A stretch of 64,000 nt of DNA from an uncultured bacterium (GTDB lineage Bacteria; Planctomycetota; Phycisphaerae; UBA1845). A program made the position numbers and the translations under genes. Shown piece after piece: positions 1 to 8,758 of this stretch (within the stretch, counting starts at the first letter, position 1; each line of letters starts with the position of its first letter). The stretch is from NCBI GenBank assembly GCA_965371245.1, contig CBDUXT010000006.1, positions 20,118-84,117 of the forward strand, read 5' to 3'. Under the pieces are notes generated by a model. It was not told where the DNA came from. It did no database searches and worked only from the letters and a program-made list of their open reading frames with translations.

Positions 1-1899
1 GGTCCCCACGATGGTCCGCCCGTCGGGCGTCATGTCCGTGACACTGGTGAGCGTCCAGCCGGTCAGGTCCAAACCCAATTCATCAACCAGCACGTCGCGC
101 AGGTTGCGCAGACCGTTAAGCTCGTCCCAGATGAATGCTTCGGGACCATCACAGCCCATGTCGAACATCTCGGTGCACCCGATTCCCACGACAATCGACC
201 CATCTGCGGACACGGCCACCGCAGCGCTATGGACAAAGTCCCCTGGGAGGTCCCCAAGACCGATCATGCCCGTCTCCGCTGTCCAGCGGAAGGCCTCACG
301 GGTGCCCTCTTTTAGGTCGAGGCCACCGAACCCCACGATGACCGACCCATCTGCCGATACGGCGGTCGCAGCGCCCTCGAAACTCGCCCCGGGCAGGGTG
401 CCCAGGCCAACCATCCCCGTTTCCGCCGTCCATCGGAAGACCTCCAAGGCATTGTTTGCGGCTTCGGAGCGGCTCTGGCCTGCGACGACGGATCCGTCGG
501 CAGAGACGGCGGTGGCCTCGCTCTGGAAGTTTCCCCCGGGCAGGTCGCCCAGGCCCGCCATACCCCCCGCTTGCGTCCAGCGGAACGCCTCCCCCCCGCT
601 CGTGGCGTTACCAGAGGTGGCTCGCCCCACGATGACCGATCCATCGGCGGACATGGCGTTAGCGAGGCTGTTGGCGGCGGGGAATCCCCCGGGCAGACTG
701 CCCAGGCCGACCATGCCGGTGGCTTCCGTCCATCGGAAGGGCTCGTTTGCACCCCCAGGCGATACAGGACTCTCCTCACTGCGGCCTGAGCCCACGACGA
801 CCAGGCCATCATCGGACACAAAGTTAGCACTGCTGGCGAATATACCACCCGGCAGGTCCCCCAATCCCACCATGCCGCCGGCCTTGGTCCATCTGAATGA
901 CTCGTTGGCCGAGGCGGGATCGGTATTGCTGGAATTGGACGCGCCCACGATGACCGATCCGTCCGGCGAGATGGCGGTTCCCACGCTTATGTCGCTTCCA
1001 CCGGGCAACGAGCCCAAACCAACCATGCCGGACTCCTCTGTCCAGAGGAAGGCGTCAGGGCGGAACAAGTTCCCGGTGGTTCCCAAAGTGCCCTGTCCCA
1101 GCACGGACGCCCCGTCCGCCGACACCGCGACGGCGCCGCTGGAGAAGCGCCCACCGGGCAAATCGCCCAGAGGGATAAAACTCGCGGCGGCGGCGCAGGG
1201 ACTCAACGGTTGGATTTGGAGCAGCAGGTCGAACGCGGCATCAGTGGTGCCATGTGGTGGCACGTCCTCATCAAGGACGGCGTTCGTGGACGCCTTGAGC
1301 GTGTAAGTCCCCGGTTCCAGAACGCCACTTTCGGCAAAGGGGAGTTGCTGATCGGGCGCACCGGCGGCCAGTTCGACGGAGAAGATTACCGTTCCATCCG
1401 AGCGGGTCAGGCTTGCGTCCGAAAACACCAACACCGGCACGGCGAAGGCCCCCGTGGCGTCGGCCGCGATCAGGCCGTCGAGGGTGAAGTTTACCGCCGA
1501 AGCGATCGAAAAGGTAACTTCGAACATCGTGTCCGCCAGCACGATCATCAGGCCGGTCGGACCGGCGGCCACGCTGGCGGACAGACTCCCCGAGGCTGTG
1601 ATCGACGTGGCGTTGATCTGTGATTGCTGAACAACGGTCGTGACGGCCGAGGCATCGGCACAGGTGAGATTGAGCGACGCCGTGCTATCAAACGGCTCGA
1701 AACCCACGGCCTGGAAACCGTCTGTACCGTCCATCGCGCACTGCGATATGACCGCGTCCGTCTGGGTCCACCGGCGCTGGCTCACGGGGATGATGGTCGC
1801 GGGGTCTGTCTGCCCCGTGGCCGCATCTATACCGACAAGCAGTATCGCGATGGTGCAGGCGGTAGTCAGGCTCCGATGGAATCGACGTGGCCACAACAT
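1..1899 (-). CDS. Secreted protein with HAF-like extracellular tandem repeats (N-terminus in window, C-terminus beyond left edge)
   Basis: Absent from the ORF track because it has no stop in the window. My minus-strand translation starts at ATG 1899-1897, preceded by AAGGAGG with a 7-nt spacer. N-terminus MLWPRRFHRSLTTACTIAILLVGIDAATGQ looks like a signal peptide. At least 8 tandem ~50-aa units follow, of the form EAFRWT.ETGM.GLGDLPGG.F.S.A.AVSADGSV.VG (period ~150 nt across 10-1150). Frame verified at 36, 375 and 1899. Confidence 0.75.
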   Translation of the reverse strand, partial: MLWPRRFHRSLTTACTIAILLVGIDAATGQTDPATIIPVSQRRWTQTDAVISQCAMDGTDGFQAVGFEPFDSTASLNLTCADASAVTTVVQQSQINATSITASGSLSASVAAGPTGLMIVLADTMFEVTFSIASAVNFTLDGLIAADATGAFAVPVLVFSDASLTRSDGTVIFSVELAAGAPDQQLPFAESGVLEPGTYTLKASTNAVLDEDVPPHGTTDAAFDLLLQIQPLSPCAAAASFIPLGDLPGGRFSSGAVAVSADGASVLGQGTLGTTGNLFRPDAFLWTEESGMVGLGSLPGGSDISVGTAISPDGSVIVGASNSSNTDPASANESFRWTKAGGMVGLGDLPGGIFASSANFVSDDGLVVVGSGRSEESPVSPGGANEPFRWTEATGMVGLGSLPGGFPAANSLANAMSADGSVIVGRATSGNATSGGEAFRWTQAGGMAGLGDLPGGNFQSEATAVSADGSVVAGQSRSEAANNALEVFRWTAETGMVGLGTLPGASFEGAATAVSADGSVIVGFGGLDLKEGTREAFRWTAETGMIGLGDLPGDFVHSAAVAVSADGSIVVGIGCTEMFDMGCDGPEAFIWDELNGLRNLRDVLVDELGLDLTGWTLTSVTDMTPDGRTIVGT

Positions 1900-2031
1900 G
1901 ACTGATCCTCCTTTCGTGCCCGGCCACGACGGGCCGGGCGCGGATACACTCCAGGCGCGAGCGCCGTGGTTCCCCATAACGCACGGTGCCGACGCGAGGT
2001 CGGCGCCGTCCGCCCGGGCGCATAGCACATC

Positions 2032-2060
2032 TTGAAGCGGGTTGCACGATCTTCTACAAT
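2032..2060 (+). promoter_or_regulatory. Sigma-70-like promoter candidate for the ECF sigma / kinase operon
   Basis: TTGAAG (2032-2037), 17-nt spacer, TACAAT (2055-2060), about 70 nt upstream of the ATG at 2130, in the divergent intergenic region. Confidence 0.35.
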
Positions 2061-2129
2061 GGTAAGCGCATTGGGGATCCGGATCGGAACACCGAACAAT
2101 GAAGAAACTGCCAAGTCCTGAGGCCTGCC

Positions 2130-2696
2130 ATGGGCACGACCGGAGATGTCACGCGTCTTCTTGACGAACTGAGTGCCGGAGCGGACGGTGCGGCGGACAG
2201 GCTGTGGCCGATCGTCTACGGCGCCCTCCGCGATCTGGCGGATCGTTATCTGGGGCAGGAGTCGGTGGGCCATACACTTCAACCCACTGCCCTGGTTCAC
2301 GAGGCCTACTTGCGTCTGGTCGGAAACGGCAACCTGGGTGCGGGGGGACGCGGTCATTTCTATGCCGTGGCGGCCCGGGCGATGCGGCGCATTCTGGTGG
2401 ATCACGCCCGTCGACGGGGGGCGGTCAAACGCGGAGGTGGTGTGCAGCGTGTCCCGCTGGCCGAAGCCGCCGACGCGGACGTGGCGCCCGATGATTACAT
2501 CCTGGAACTGGACGAAGCCCTTACGGAGCTGGCGTCTCTCGATCTGCCGCTCGCCTGCGTGGTGGAACTGCGCTTTTTCGGCGGCCTGACAATCGAAGAG
2601 ACCGCCGCTCTGCTGGAGGTGTCGTCCATGACGGTCAAGCGAAGGTGGCGCATGGCCAAGGGTTGGCTTCACCGCCGGATCACGGAGAGGCCGTAG
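2130..2696 (+). CDS. ECF-type RNA polymerase sigma factor (TIGR02999 / ECF43-like)
   Basis: 188 aa. N-terminus DVTRLLDELSAGADGAADRLWPIVYGALRDLADRYL and region 2 LQPTALVHEAYLRL are typical of the kinase-associated ECF group. C-terminal region 4 HTH reads LTIEETAALLEVSSMTVKRRWRMAKGWL. Confidence 0.9.
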   Translation: MGTTGDVTRLLDELSAGADGAADRLWPIVYGALRDLADRYLGQESVGHTLQPTALVHEAYLRLVGNGNLGAGGRGHFYAVAARAMRRILVDHARRRGAVKRGGGVQRVPLAEAADADVAPDDYILELDEALTELASLDLPLACVVELRFFGGLTIEETAALLEVSSMTVKRRWRMAKGWLHRRITERP

Positions 2697-2700
2697 CGTC

Positions 2701-5403
2701 ATGCCATTACCGTGGCATCAAGTCCGTGCCCTGTTCGAGCGAGTGTGCGAGCTCGATCCCAAGGAGCGCGAGTCGGAGTTGGCGAAGCGATGCAAAGATG
2801 ATCCGGCCCTGCGGGCGGAGGTGGAGTCACTCCTGGCCGCCAGCGACGCGGCGCCGGCGTTTTTCGAAACGCCACCGGGGGCGCCCCCCGGCGCGTTGAC
2901 CGAGGAGTGTCCGATCGGTCGCCGCGTGGGCCGCTACCGGATCGACGCACGGATCGCCTCGGGTGGGATGGGGACGGTCTACGAGGCCACGCGGGCGGAC
3001 GAGCACTACGACCAGAAGGTGGCGCTGAAGCTCATGGCGCCGCACACGGCGCTGTCACCCGGCGCCCTTTCCCGTTTCCGCGACGAGCGGCAGACGTTGG
3101 CCAATCTTGCGCACGCGAACATTGCGCGGCTGCTGGACGGCGGTGTCGCCGATGACGGCCGGCCCTACCTGGTGATGGAATATGTGGACGGCGTGCCGTT
3201 GGATGTCTATTGCGACAAGCAGCGGTTGACCACGACCAGGCGGCTTCGCCTCTTTCGCACGGTGTGCGCGGCCGTACAGTTCGCCCACCGGAACCTGGTG
3301 GTCCATCGCGATCTCAAGCCCGGTAACATTCTGGTCTCGCGCGACGGCGTGGTGAAGCTGGTTGACTTCGGCATCGCGAAGATCTTGCAGGCGGACAACG
3401 CGAACGACGCCACCTCGACGTTGCCCGGGCAGCGCCTGATGACGCCGCAGTATGCCAGCCCGGAGCAGATTCGCGGCGAGCCAGTCACCACAGCTAGCGA
3501 CATTTATTCCCTGGGCGTGATTCTTTATGAACTGCTGACGGGACACCGCCCCTACCGGCTGAGCGGCCTCGGCCCTTTTGACATCGAGCGCACGATTCGC
3601 GAGACCGACCCGGTGCGGCCCAGTGCGGTCGTTCTGCGCAGCGAGCCGCTTCTTGGCGATGACGGAACGACGCGTGGCACGGTAACACCCGAGGCCGTCA
3701 GCCGGGTTCGCGACGGGCAGCCCCAAGCCCTGCGCCGCCGCTTGGCAGGCGACCTCGATGCCATCGTGTTCAAGGCCATGCGCAGCGAACCGCAGCAGCG
3801 ATACATCTCCGTCGAGCGGCTGTCGGACGACATTTTCCGGCATCTGGAGGGGCTGCCGGTTTCGGCGCGTCGCGGTACCGTTCGCTATCGGATCGGTAAG
3901 TTCATCCGGCGGAACAAAACGGCGGTGATTGCCGCGGCGACCGGCGGGGCGGCCATCCTTGCCGGCATGGTCGCGGTCGTGCGGGAGAGCCGGATCGCGG
4001 CCGAGCAGCGGGACCAGGCCGTCGCCGCGCGGCAGCGCACGCTGACCGAGGCACTCAAAGCAACGCACATCAACGCGTTTCTGCAGGACATGTTGGCCTC
4101 AGTGGATCCCCGGGCCGCGGGCCGGGAAGTCACGGTTCGAGCGGCGCTCGATCAGGCGTCGCTTCGCGTGGGGCGCGAGCTGGCGGACTATCCGCAGGTC
4201 CAGGCCGGCATCCGGGCGGTGATCGGGCGATCATATCATAGTTTGGGTGACTACGACGCGGCACTACCGCATCTGCGTACCGCGCTGGCCCTTCGTCGCG
4301 ACGCGCACGGGTCCGAGCACGCCGAAGTGGGTGAGAGCATGGACGACCTCGGCTCGCTCTTGACCAGCCGCGGGGACTACGATGAGGCCGAGCCGCTGCT
4401 ACGCGGCGGTCTGGCGCTGCGGCGAAGGCTGCTCGGAGAAAAAAGCCTCGAGGTCGCGACCAGTCTGACCAACCTGGGCAAGCTGCTGCATCTTCGCGGC
4501 GACCTTTCCGCGGCGGAGCCGTTGCGGCGCCAGGCTCTGTCGATACGACAAACGCACCACGGTGATGATCACCTCGACGTGGCCAGCAGCATGACGAACT
4601 TGGCTACGGTGCTTCAGGGCCGCGGCCGCATCGCTGAGGCGGAGCGCCTCTACCGTGGCGCGCTGGCGATCTATGTCAAGCTCGTCGGGCGAAACCATTC
4701 CGACGTATCGGACGTGCTGAACAATCTGGCCAGTCTGCTACAGCGTTCCGGCCGCAGCGACTTGGCCGAGCCGATGTTCCGAGAGTCGCTTGCGATTCGG
4801 CGCGAGATACTGGGCGACGATCACCCCAACGTGGCAAGGAGCCTGAGCAATCTGGCCGGTCTGCTGGGGGCGAAGGGCGATCGGAAGGCCGCGGAGCCGC
4901 TGCTGCGCGAGGCTCTGGCGATCCGTCGGAAACGCCTGGGCGAGAACCACCCGGACGTGGCGATCAGTCTCAATAAACTGGCTGAAAGCGTGCGCGCCGA
5001 TGGCAAAGCGGAAGAGGCCGCCGGGTTTTTCGGCGAGGCCGTGCGCATCGCCGATCGCGCTTGGCCCGAGGGCCACCGCTTCAGGGCGGAGTTCCATCGC
5101 AACTACGGCGCATGCCTGACGGAACTCAAACGCTACGAAGAGGCCGAGTCTCAACTTCGATTGAGCCATCGCCTCTGCAACCGGGCCTTGGATTCCGATC
5201 CGGACAGAACGCGGACCGTAGTTCAGAACCTGATCGAGCTGTACACGAGCTGGGGCAAGCCGACGGAGGCGGCTGCTTGGACGGCCCGGCTGCAACGGAT
5301 CAACCACGACGGCCCGTCGCGAGCCTCGAAGGCCGGGGCTGCGCCGAGGGCGTCAATCCGGGTTCCGCCGGGAGAGCCCGGATTGCGGGAAGAATCGCAA
5401 TAG
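2701..5403 (+). CDS. Serine/threonine protein kinase with transmembrane segment and C-terminal TPR repeats
   Basis: 900 aa. Hanks kinase motifs GGMGTVYEA, VALK, HRDLKPGNILV, DFGIAK and SPEQ. TM helix AVIAAATGGAAILAGMVAVV. Then about 8 TPR_12-like units (NLGSLL..GDYDEAEPL..ALAI). Confidence 0.9.
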   Translation: MPLPWHQVRALFERVCELDPKERESELAKRCKDDPALRAEVESLLAASDAAPAFFETPPGAPPGALTEECPIGRRVGRYRIDARIASGGMGTVYEATRADEHYDQKVALKLMAPHTALSPGALSRFRDERQTLANLAHANIARLLDGGVADDGRPYLVMEYVDGVPLDVYCDKQRLTTTRRLRLFRTVCAAVQFAHRNLVVHRDLKPGNILVSRDGVVKLVDFGIAKILQADNANDATSTLPGQRLMTPQYASPEQIRGEPVTTASDIYSLGVILYELLTGHRPYRLSGLGPFDIERTIRETDPVRPSAVVLRSEPLLGDDGTTRGTVTPEAVSRVRDGQPQALRRRLAGDLDAIVFKAMRSEPQQRYISVERLSDDIFRHLEGLPVSARRGTVRYRIGKFIRRNKTAVIAAATGGAAILAGMVAVVRESRIAAEQRDQAVAARQRTLTEALKATHINAFLQDMLASVDPRAAGREVTVRAALDQASLRVGRELADYPQVQAGIRAVIGRSYHSLGDYDAALPHLRTALALRRDAHGSEHAEVGESMDDLGSLLTSRGDYDEAEPLLRGGLALRRRLLGEKSLEVATSLTNLGKLLHLRGDLSAAEPLRRQALSIRQTHHGDDHLDVASSMTNLATVLQGRGRIAEAERLYRGALAIYVKLVGRNHSDVSDVLNNLASLLQRSGRSDLAEPMFRESLAIRREILGDDHPNVARSLSNLAGLLGAKGDRKAAEPLLREALAIRRKRLGENHPDVAISLNKLAESVRADGKAEEAAGFFGEAVRIADRAWPEGHRFRAEFHRNYGACLTELKRYEEAESQLRLSHRLCNRALDSDPDRTRTVVQNLIELYTSWGKPTEAAAWTARLQRINHDGPSRASKAGAAPRASIRVPPGEPGLREESQ

Positions 5404-5448
5404 GGTTTCCGCCTGGCCGCGCGGTTCAACGCCCCGCGCTCGGCCGGA

Positions 5449-6939
5449 TCAGGCGGTTGCCGGCTGGGCCTTCGGCGCCTTCGCGAACTGTGCGGTGTCG
5501 ATTTCGAGCTTCTTCGCCACGCGCCGACCGTAGTCCTCATCCACAAGGAAGAAGTGCCCCAGTTGCCGGATTTGCACCTCCTTGCGCGCCTGGCTCAACG
5601 GGCCGGCGATGGCCGTGGCGAGTCGTTCGCGCTGACCGTCGTCGAACAAGTTGTAGAGCATGCCTACCTGGGTGTAGTCGTCGTGATCCACGGTGGAGTC
5701 GTAGCGGTCGGCGATGACCTCGCCCAACTGCCAGGCCGTGTCTTTGTAAACCGCGTCTACCTCCGGGGTTCCGGGTCGGCTGTTGGGCCAATAGTTCGGG
5801 CTGCCGGCGTAGTTCTCGGCCGTGGCCAGGCTACCGTCACGCGAGTAGCTCCGCACGGCACAACGCGGCTTGTTGACCGGAATCTGGTGGTGATTGACCC
5901 CCAGGCGGTGGAGGTGCGTGTCGGCGTAGCTCATCAGCCGCGCCTGGAGCATCTTGTCGGGGCTCGACCCGATGCCCGGCACCAACGCACTGGGTTTGAA
6001 AGCCGACTGCTCAACGTCCGCGTGATAGTTCTCCGGGTTGCGGTTGAGTTCCATCATCCCCACCTCGATCAGCGGGAAGTCCCCGTGTGGCCAGACCTTT
6101 GTCAGGTCGAACGGATTCCAGCGGAAGCCGTCGGCCTGTGCCTGCGTCATCACCTGAATCCACACGCGCCACTTCGGGAAGTCGCCCCGTTCGATCGCTT
6201 CAAACAGGTCGCGCTGGTGGCTTTCGCGGTCGCGTGCGATGGTCTCGGCGGACTCGGCATCCATCATGCACTTGATGCCCTGCTCCGTCTTGAAGTGGAA
6301 TTTGCACCAGACCCGTTCGCCGGCCGCGTTGATCAGCGAGTAGGTGTGGCTGCCGTAGCCGTTCATGTTTCGATAGCTGACGGGTATGCCGCGGTCGGAG
6401 AAGAGAATCGTCACCTGGTGCAGCGACTCGGGGCACAGTGACCAGAAATCCCACTGCATGTCCATGCAGCGCATGTTGGTCTTGGGGTCGCGCTTCTGCG
6501 TGTGGATGAAGTTCTGGAACTTGAAGGGGTCGCGGACGAAGAAGACGGGCGTGTTGTTGCCCACCAGGTCCCAGTTCCCCTCCTCGGTGTAGAACTTCAT
6601 GGCGAAGCCTCGGACATCTCGCTCCGCATCGGCCGCCCCGCGCTCGCCGGCCACGGTCGAGAAGCGCACGAACATCTCCGTCTTCTTGCCAACCTCGCTG
6701 AGAAAGCGGGCCTTGGTGTACTTCGTTATGTCGTGGGTGACGGTGAAGGTGCCGAACGCACCGGAGCCCTTCGCATGCACCACGCGCTCGGGGATGCGCT
6801 CGCGGTTGAAGTGCTGCATCTGCTCGATGAGCTGTACGTCTTGCATGAGGACCGGTCCGCGAGGTCCGGCTGTCATGGCCTGCTGCTCGCCGATTGGCGC
6901 TCCGTTGGCGGTGGTCAGGGTCGGGCGTTTTTCTGACAT
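5449..6939 (-). CDS. katA: Monofunctional haem catalase (small-subunit type)
   Basis: 496 aa. Catalase hallmarks FNRERIPERVVHAKGSGAFG, RFSTVAGERGAAD, VGNNTPVFF and the proximal-Tyr region RLMSYADTH. Confidence 0.95.
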   Translation of the reverse strand: MSEKRPTLTTANGAPIGEQQAMTAGPRGPVLMQDVQLIEQMQHFNRERIPERVVHAKGSGAFGTFTVTHDITKYTKARFLSEVGKKTEMFVRFSTVAGERGAADAERDVRGFAMKFYTEEGNWDLVGNNTPVFFVRDPFKFQNFIHTQKRDPKTNMRCMDMQWDFWSLCPESLHQVTILFSDRGIPVSYRNMNGYGSHTYSLINAAGERVWCKFHFKTEQGIKCMMDAESAETIARDRESHQRDLFEAIERGDFPKWRVWIQVMTQAQADGFRWNPFDLTKVWPHGDFPLIEVGMMELNRNPENYHADVEQSAFKPSALVPGIGSSPDKMLQARLMSYADTHLHRLGVNHHQIPVNKPRCAVRSYSRDGSLATAENYAGSPNYWPNSRPGTPEVDAVYKDTAWQLGEVIADRYDSTVDHDDYTQVGMLYNLFDDGQRERLATAIAGPLSQARKEVQIRQLGHFFLVDEDYGRRVAKKLEIDTAQFAKAPKAQPATA

Positions 6940-7251
6940 GGTCTGCTCCCTTTCGAGGATCGTTTTCTTGAAGGGTATACCGCTCCGATCACGTTGTGCC
7001 GGACCAGCTTAAACAGGGCTCGCTATTGCCCGCCGTGTTCGACCGGATGAAGGCGGGCAATAGCCCGCCCTGCCCGCTGCTCCATCGCGAGAGTCCTTTT
7101 CTTGTTAAGGCGAATGCCGCTCCAAAAACGCATCACCGAAGCAATGCAAAAAGGCGGCGTGTGCGGAAGCACAAACCGACGCCGGTCGCTGAAGCCTATC
7201 ATGTCGTATCAACGATGGAATGCCAAGACCGCTTTGCGTGCGCCTTGGGCT

Positions 7252-7384
7252 CCGTGACACGTCCGGCCGGAGGGGAACTCCGATTCAGAGCCGCAGGCGC
7301 CAGCCTGCGGACCCCCGCGTCAGCACGTCACCGGGCTCGCACCCGGCGCTCTGAGAACTGCCCAACGCCGATTCCGTCACGCGC
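7252..7384 (+). repeat. Intergenic hairpin repeat element, family 1 copy A
   Basis: CCGTGACACGTCCGG, then CAGAGCC plus perfect hairpin CCGCAGGC-gcca-GCCTGCGG (7291-7310), then second hairpin CCGGGCTCGCACCCGG, then CTGAGAACTGCCC..CCGATTCCGTCA. Related copies at 14445-14510(-), 29694-29765(-), 39547-39640(+), 53225-53430(+) and 63426-63447. Confidence 0.8.
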
Positions 7385-7391
7385 CCCCGGG

Positions 7392-8582
7392 CTACGGCGT
7401 TTCTCCCGGTGCGTCTTCCGGCGGCAGAAAGAGGGCGATGCTGGCCGTGAACCCGTGGACGAAGTTGCGCCCGCCGATGGGTCCGAACTCGCCGCCGCAG
7501 AAGAACCCTGCGGCCGGAACGTCGCCGAGCACGTCACGCAGAACACCGATGTCGTGGCCGGACTCTTCCCACATCTGGGTGCCTCGTCCGTTGCAACCGA
7601 AGACGGCCGCACCGCAGACGTCCAGATCGGCATACGGCTCCAGGAGTTGGCGGAGATCTTCATCAGCACTGTCCGAATCACGGACATGGAACTGAATGCT
7701 GGCGCCGACACGGGCTCGACCGGCAATACCGATCGCCCCGGATCCCCGATCCACCCCGATGATGTTCTGAATCAGAAAGTCGCCGCGGTCGAAGTGATCC
7801 TTGTACTCGTCGATCACCCGCCCCACGAACAGCGAGTCCTTCGCCAGCTTTTCGTCGTCGGGCGAGAGCGAGACCAAGACGCTGTGAAGTTGCTGGAGGG
7901 CAGCCTTGCCGCCCAACTCGCGAACCACGTTGCGGTCGCCCTTGGTGATGACGAAAGGTCTTCCAATCGGGCGGCACCCCTGCGAAACGACGGGGTGTAC
8001 CGTCAGCTGTCCGGTGAGCGCGACGCCCACCAAGCCGTCCCTGTGGATCTCGCCGTTGATCATGAGGCGGTTTTCCAGCGGTCGTTGGGCCGCGCTGGCG
8101 ATACCGCCTAGAAGGGGCGCGCCGGGAAATACCTCGTTGAGTTGCTCCAGGAAATCGGGGACGGCGAACCGAAACGGGTCGGCCAGGCAGAGGAACGTCG
8201 GATGACTCTCCCCGGAGACGCCGACGGTCCGCTCCCAATCCATGGGACCGGCCAGCGCCTCGAGATCCTGCTGTCGCAGATGAAACGGGCGGATGGTCAC
8301 CTCGGGCATTGAAGCCACGAGGAGCGACATGGACGGCCCATGCTCGACCTCTCGGTCGCCCCCGATGGTGCCGCCGGCCGAGCAGCCTAGCAGCGTCGCC
8401 CCGGGGAAAGCGGAACCGAATCGCTCGATCACCTCGGGAAGGTCGTCCTCAAAGTGGGCGGTGGCGAAGAGCATCGCCAGATCGACCATCCCCGGCGTCA
8501 ACCGGGCACCGATGGTCTCCAGCATCTCGTCCACGGCCTGAGCTGCGTCACTCGCGGTTGTGATGGAGCAGGCGAAGCGCAT
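7392..8582 (-). CDS. FIST (FIST_N + FIST_C) sensory domain protein
   Basis: Start trimmed to MRFACSITTASD (cat at 8580-8582), because the 479-aa ORF would overlap purL. Sequence ...DLAMLFATAHF...ATLLGCSAGGTIG...FFCGGEFGPIGGRNFVHGFTASIALF is typical of FIST proteins. Confidence 0.75.
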   Translation of the reverse strand: MRFACSITTASDAAQAVDEMLETIGARLTPGMVDLAMLFATAHFEDDLPEVIERFGSAFPGATLLGCSAGGTIGGDREVEHGPSMSLLVASMPEVTIRPFHLRQQDLEALAGPMDWERTVGVSGESHPTFLCLADPFRFAVPDFLEQLNEVFPGAPLLGGIASAAQRPLENRLMINGEIHRDGLVGVALTGQLTVHPVVSQGCRPIGRPFVITKGDRNVVRELGGKAALQQLHSVLVSLSPDDEKLAKDSLFVGRVIDEYKDHFDRGDFLIQNIIGVDRGSGAIGIAGRARVGASIQFHVRDSDSADEDLRQLLEPYADLDVCGAAVFGCNGRGTQMWEESGHDIGVLRDVLGDVPAAGFFCGGEFGPIGGRNFVHGFTASIALFLPPEDAPGETP

Positions 8583-8758
8583 TGTGGGCTTGTCCCCTCT
8601 GTCGTACCCTTGCGGTCGGGCGGCACTCAATCCGTTGAGCGACACTCGCCGAGCCGCACGATAGGGCGGACTGGCGACGGAATCAATTCGACTATATCGT
8701 TGAGGTTCGTTCCCACCGACCCCTTGGTGATACCCGATCCTGGAGACGCCCGCCGCCG

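Noticed and set aside
11-1306. 431-aa plus-strand ORF with periodic TDPSADTA...PGRSPRP repeats
   Set aside because: It is the antisense shadow of the minus-strand repeat protein. It has an extreme Pro/Arg/Ser composition and no RBS. The minus frame has RBS, signal peptide and sensible repeats.
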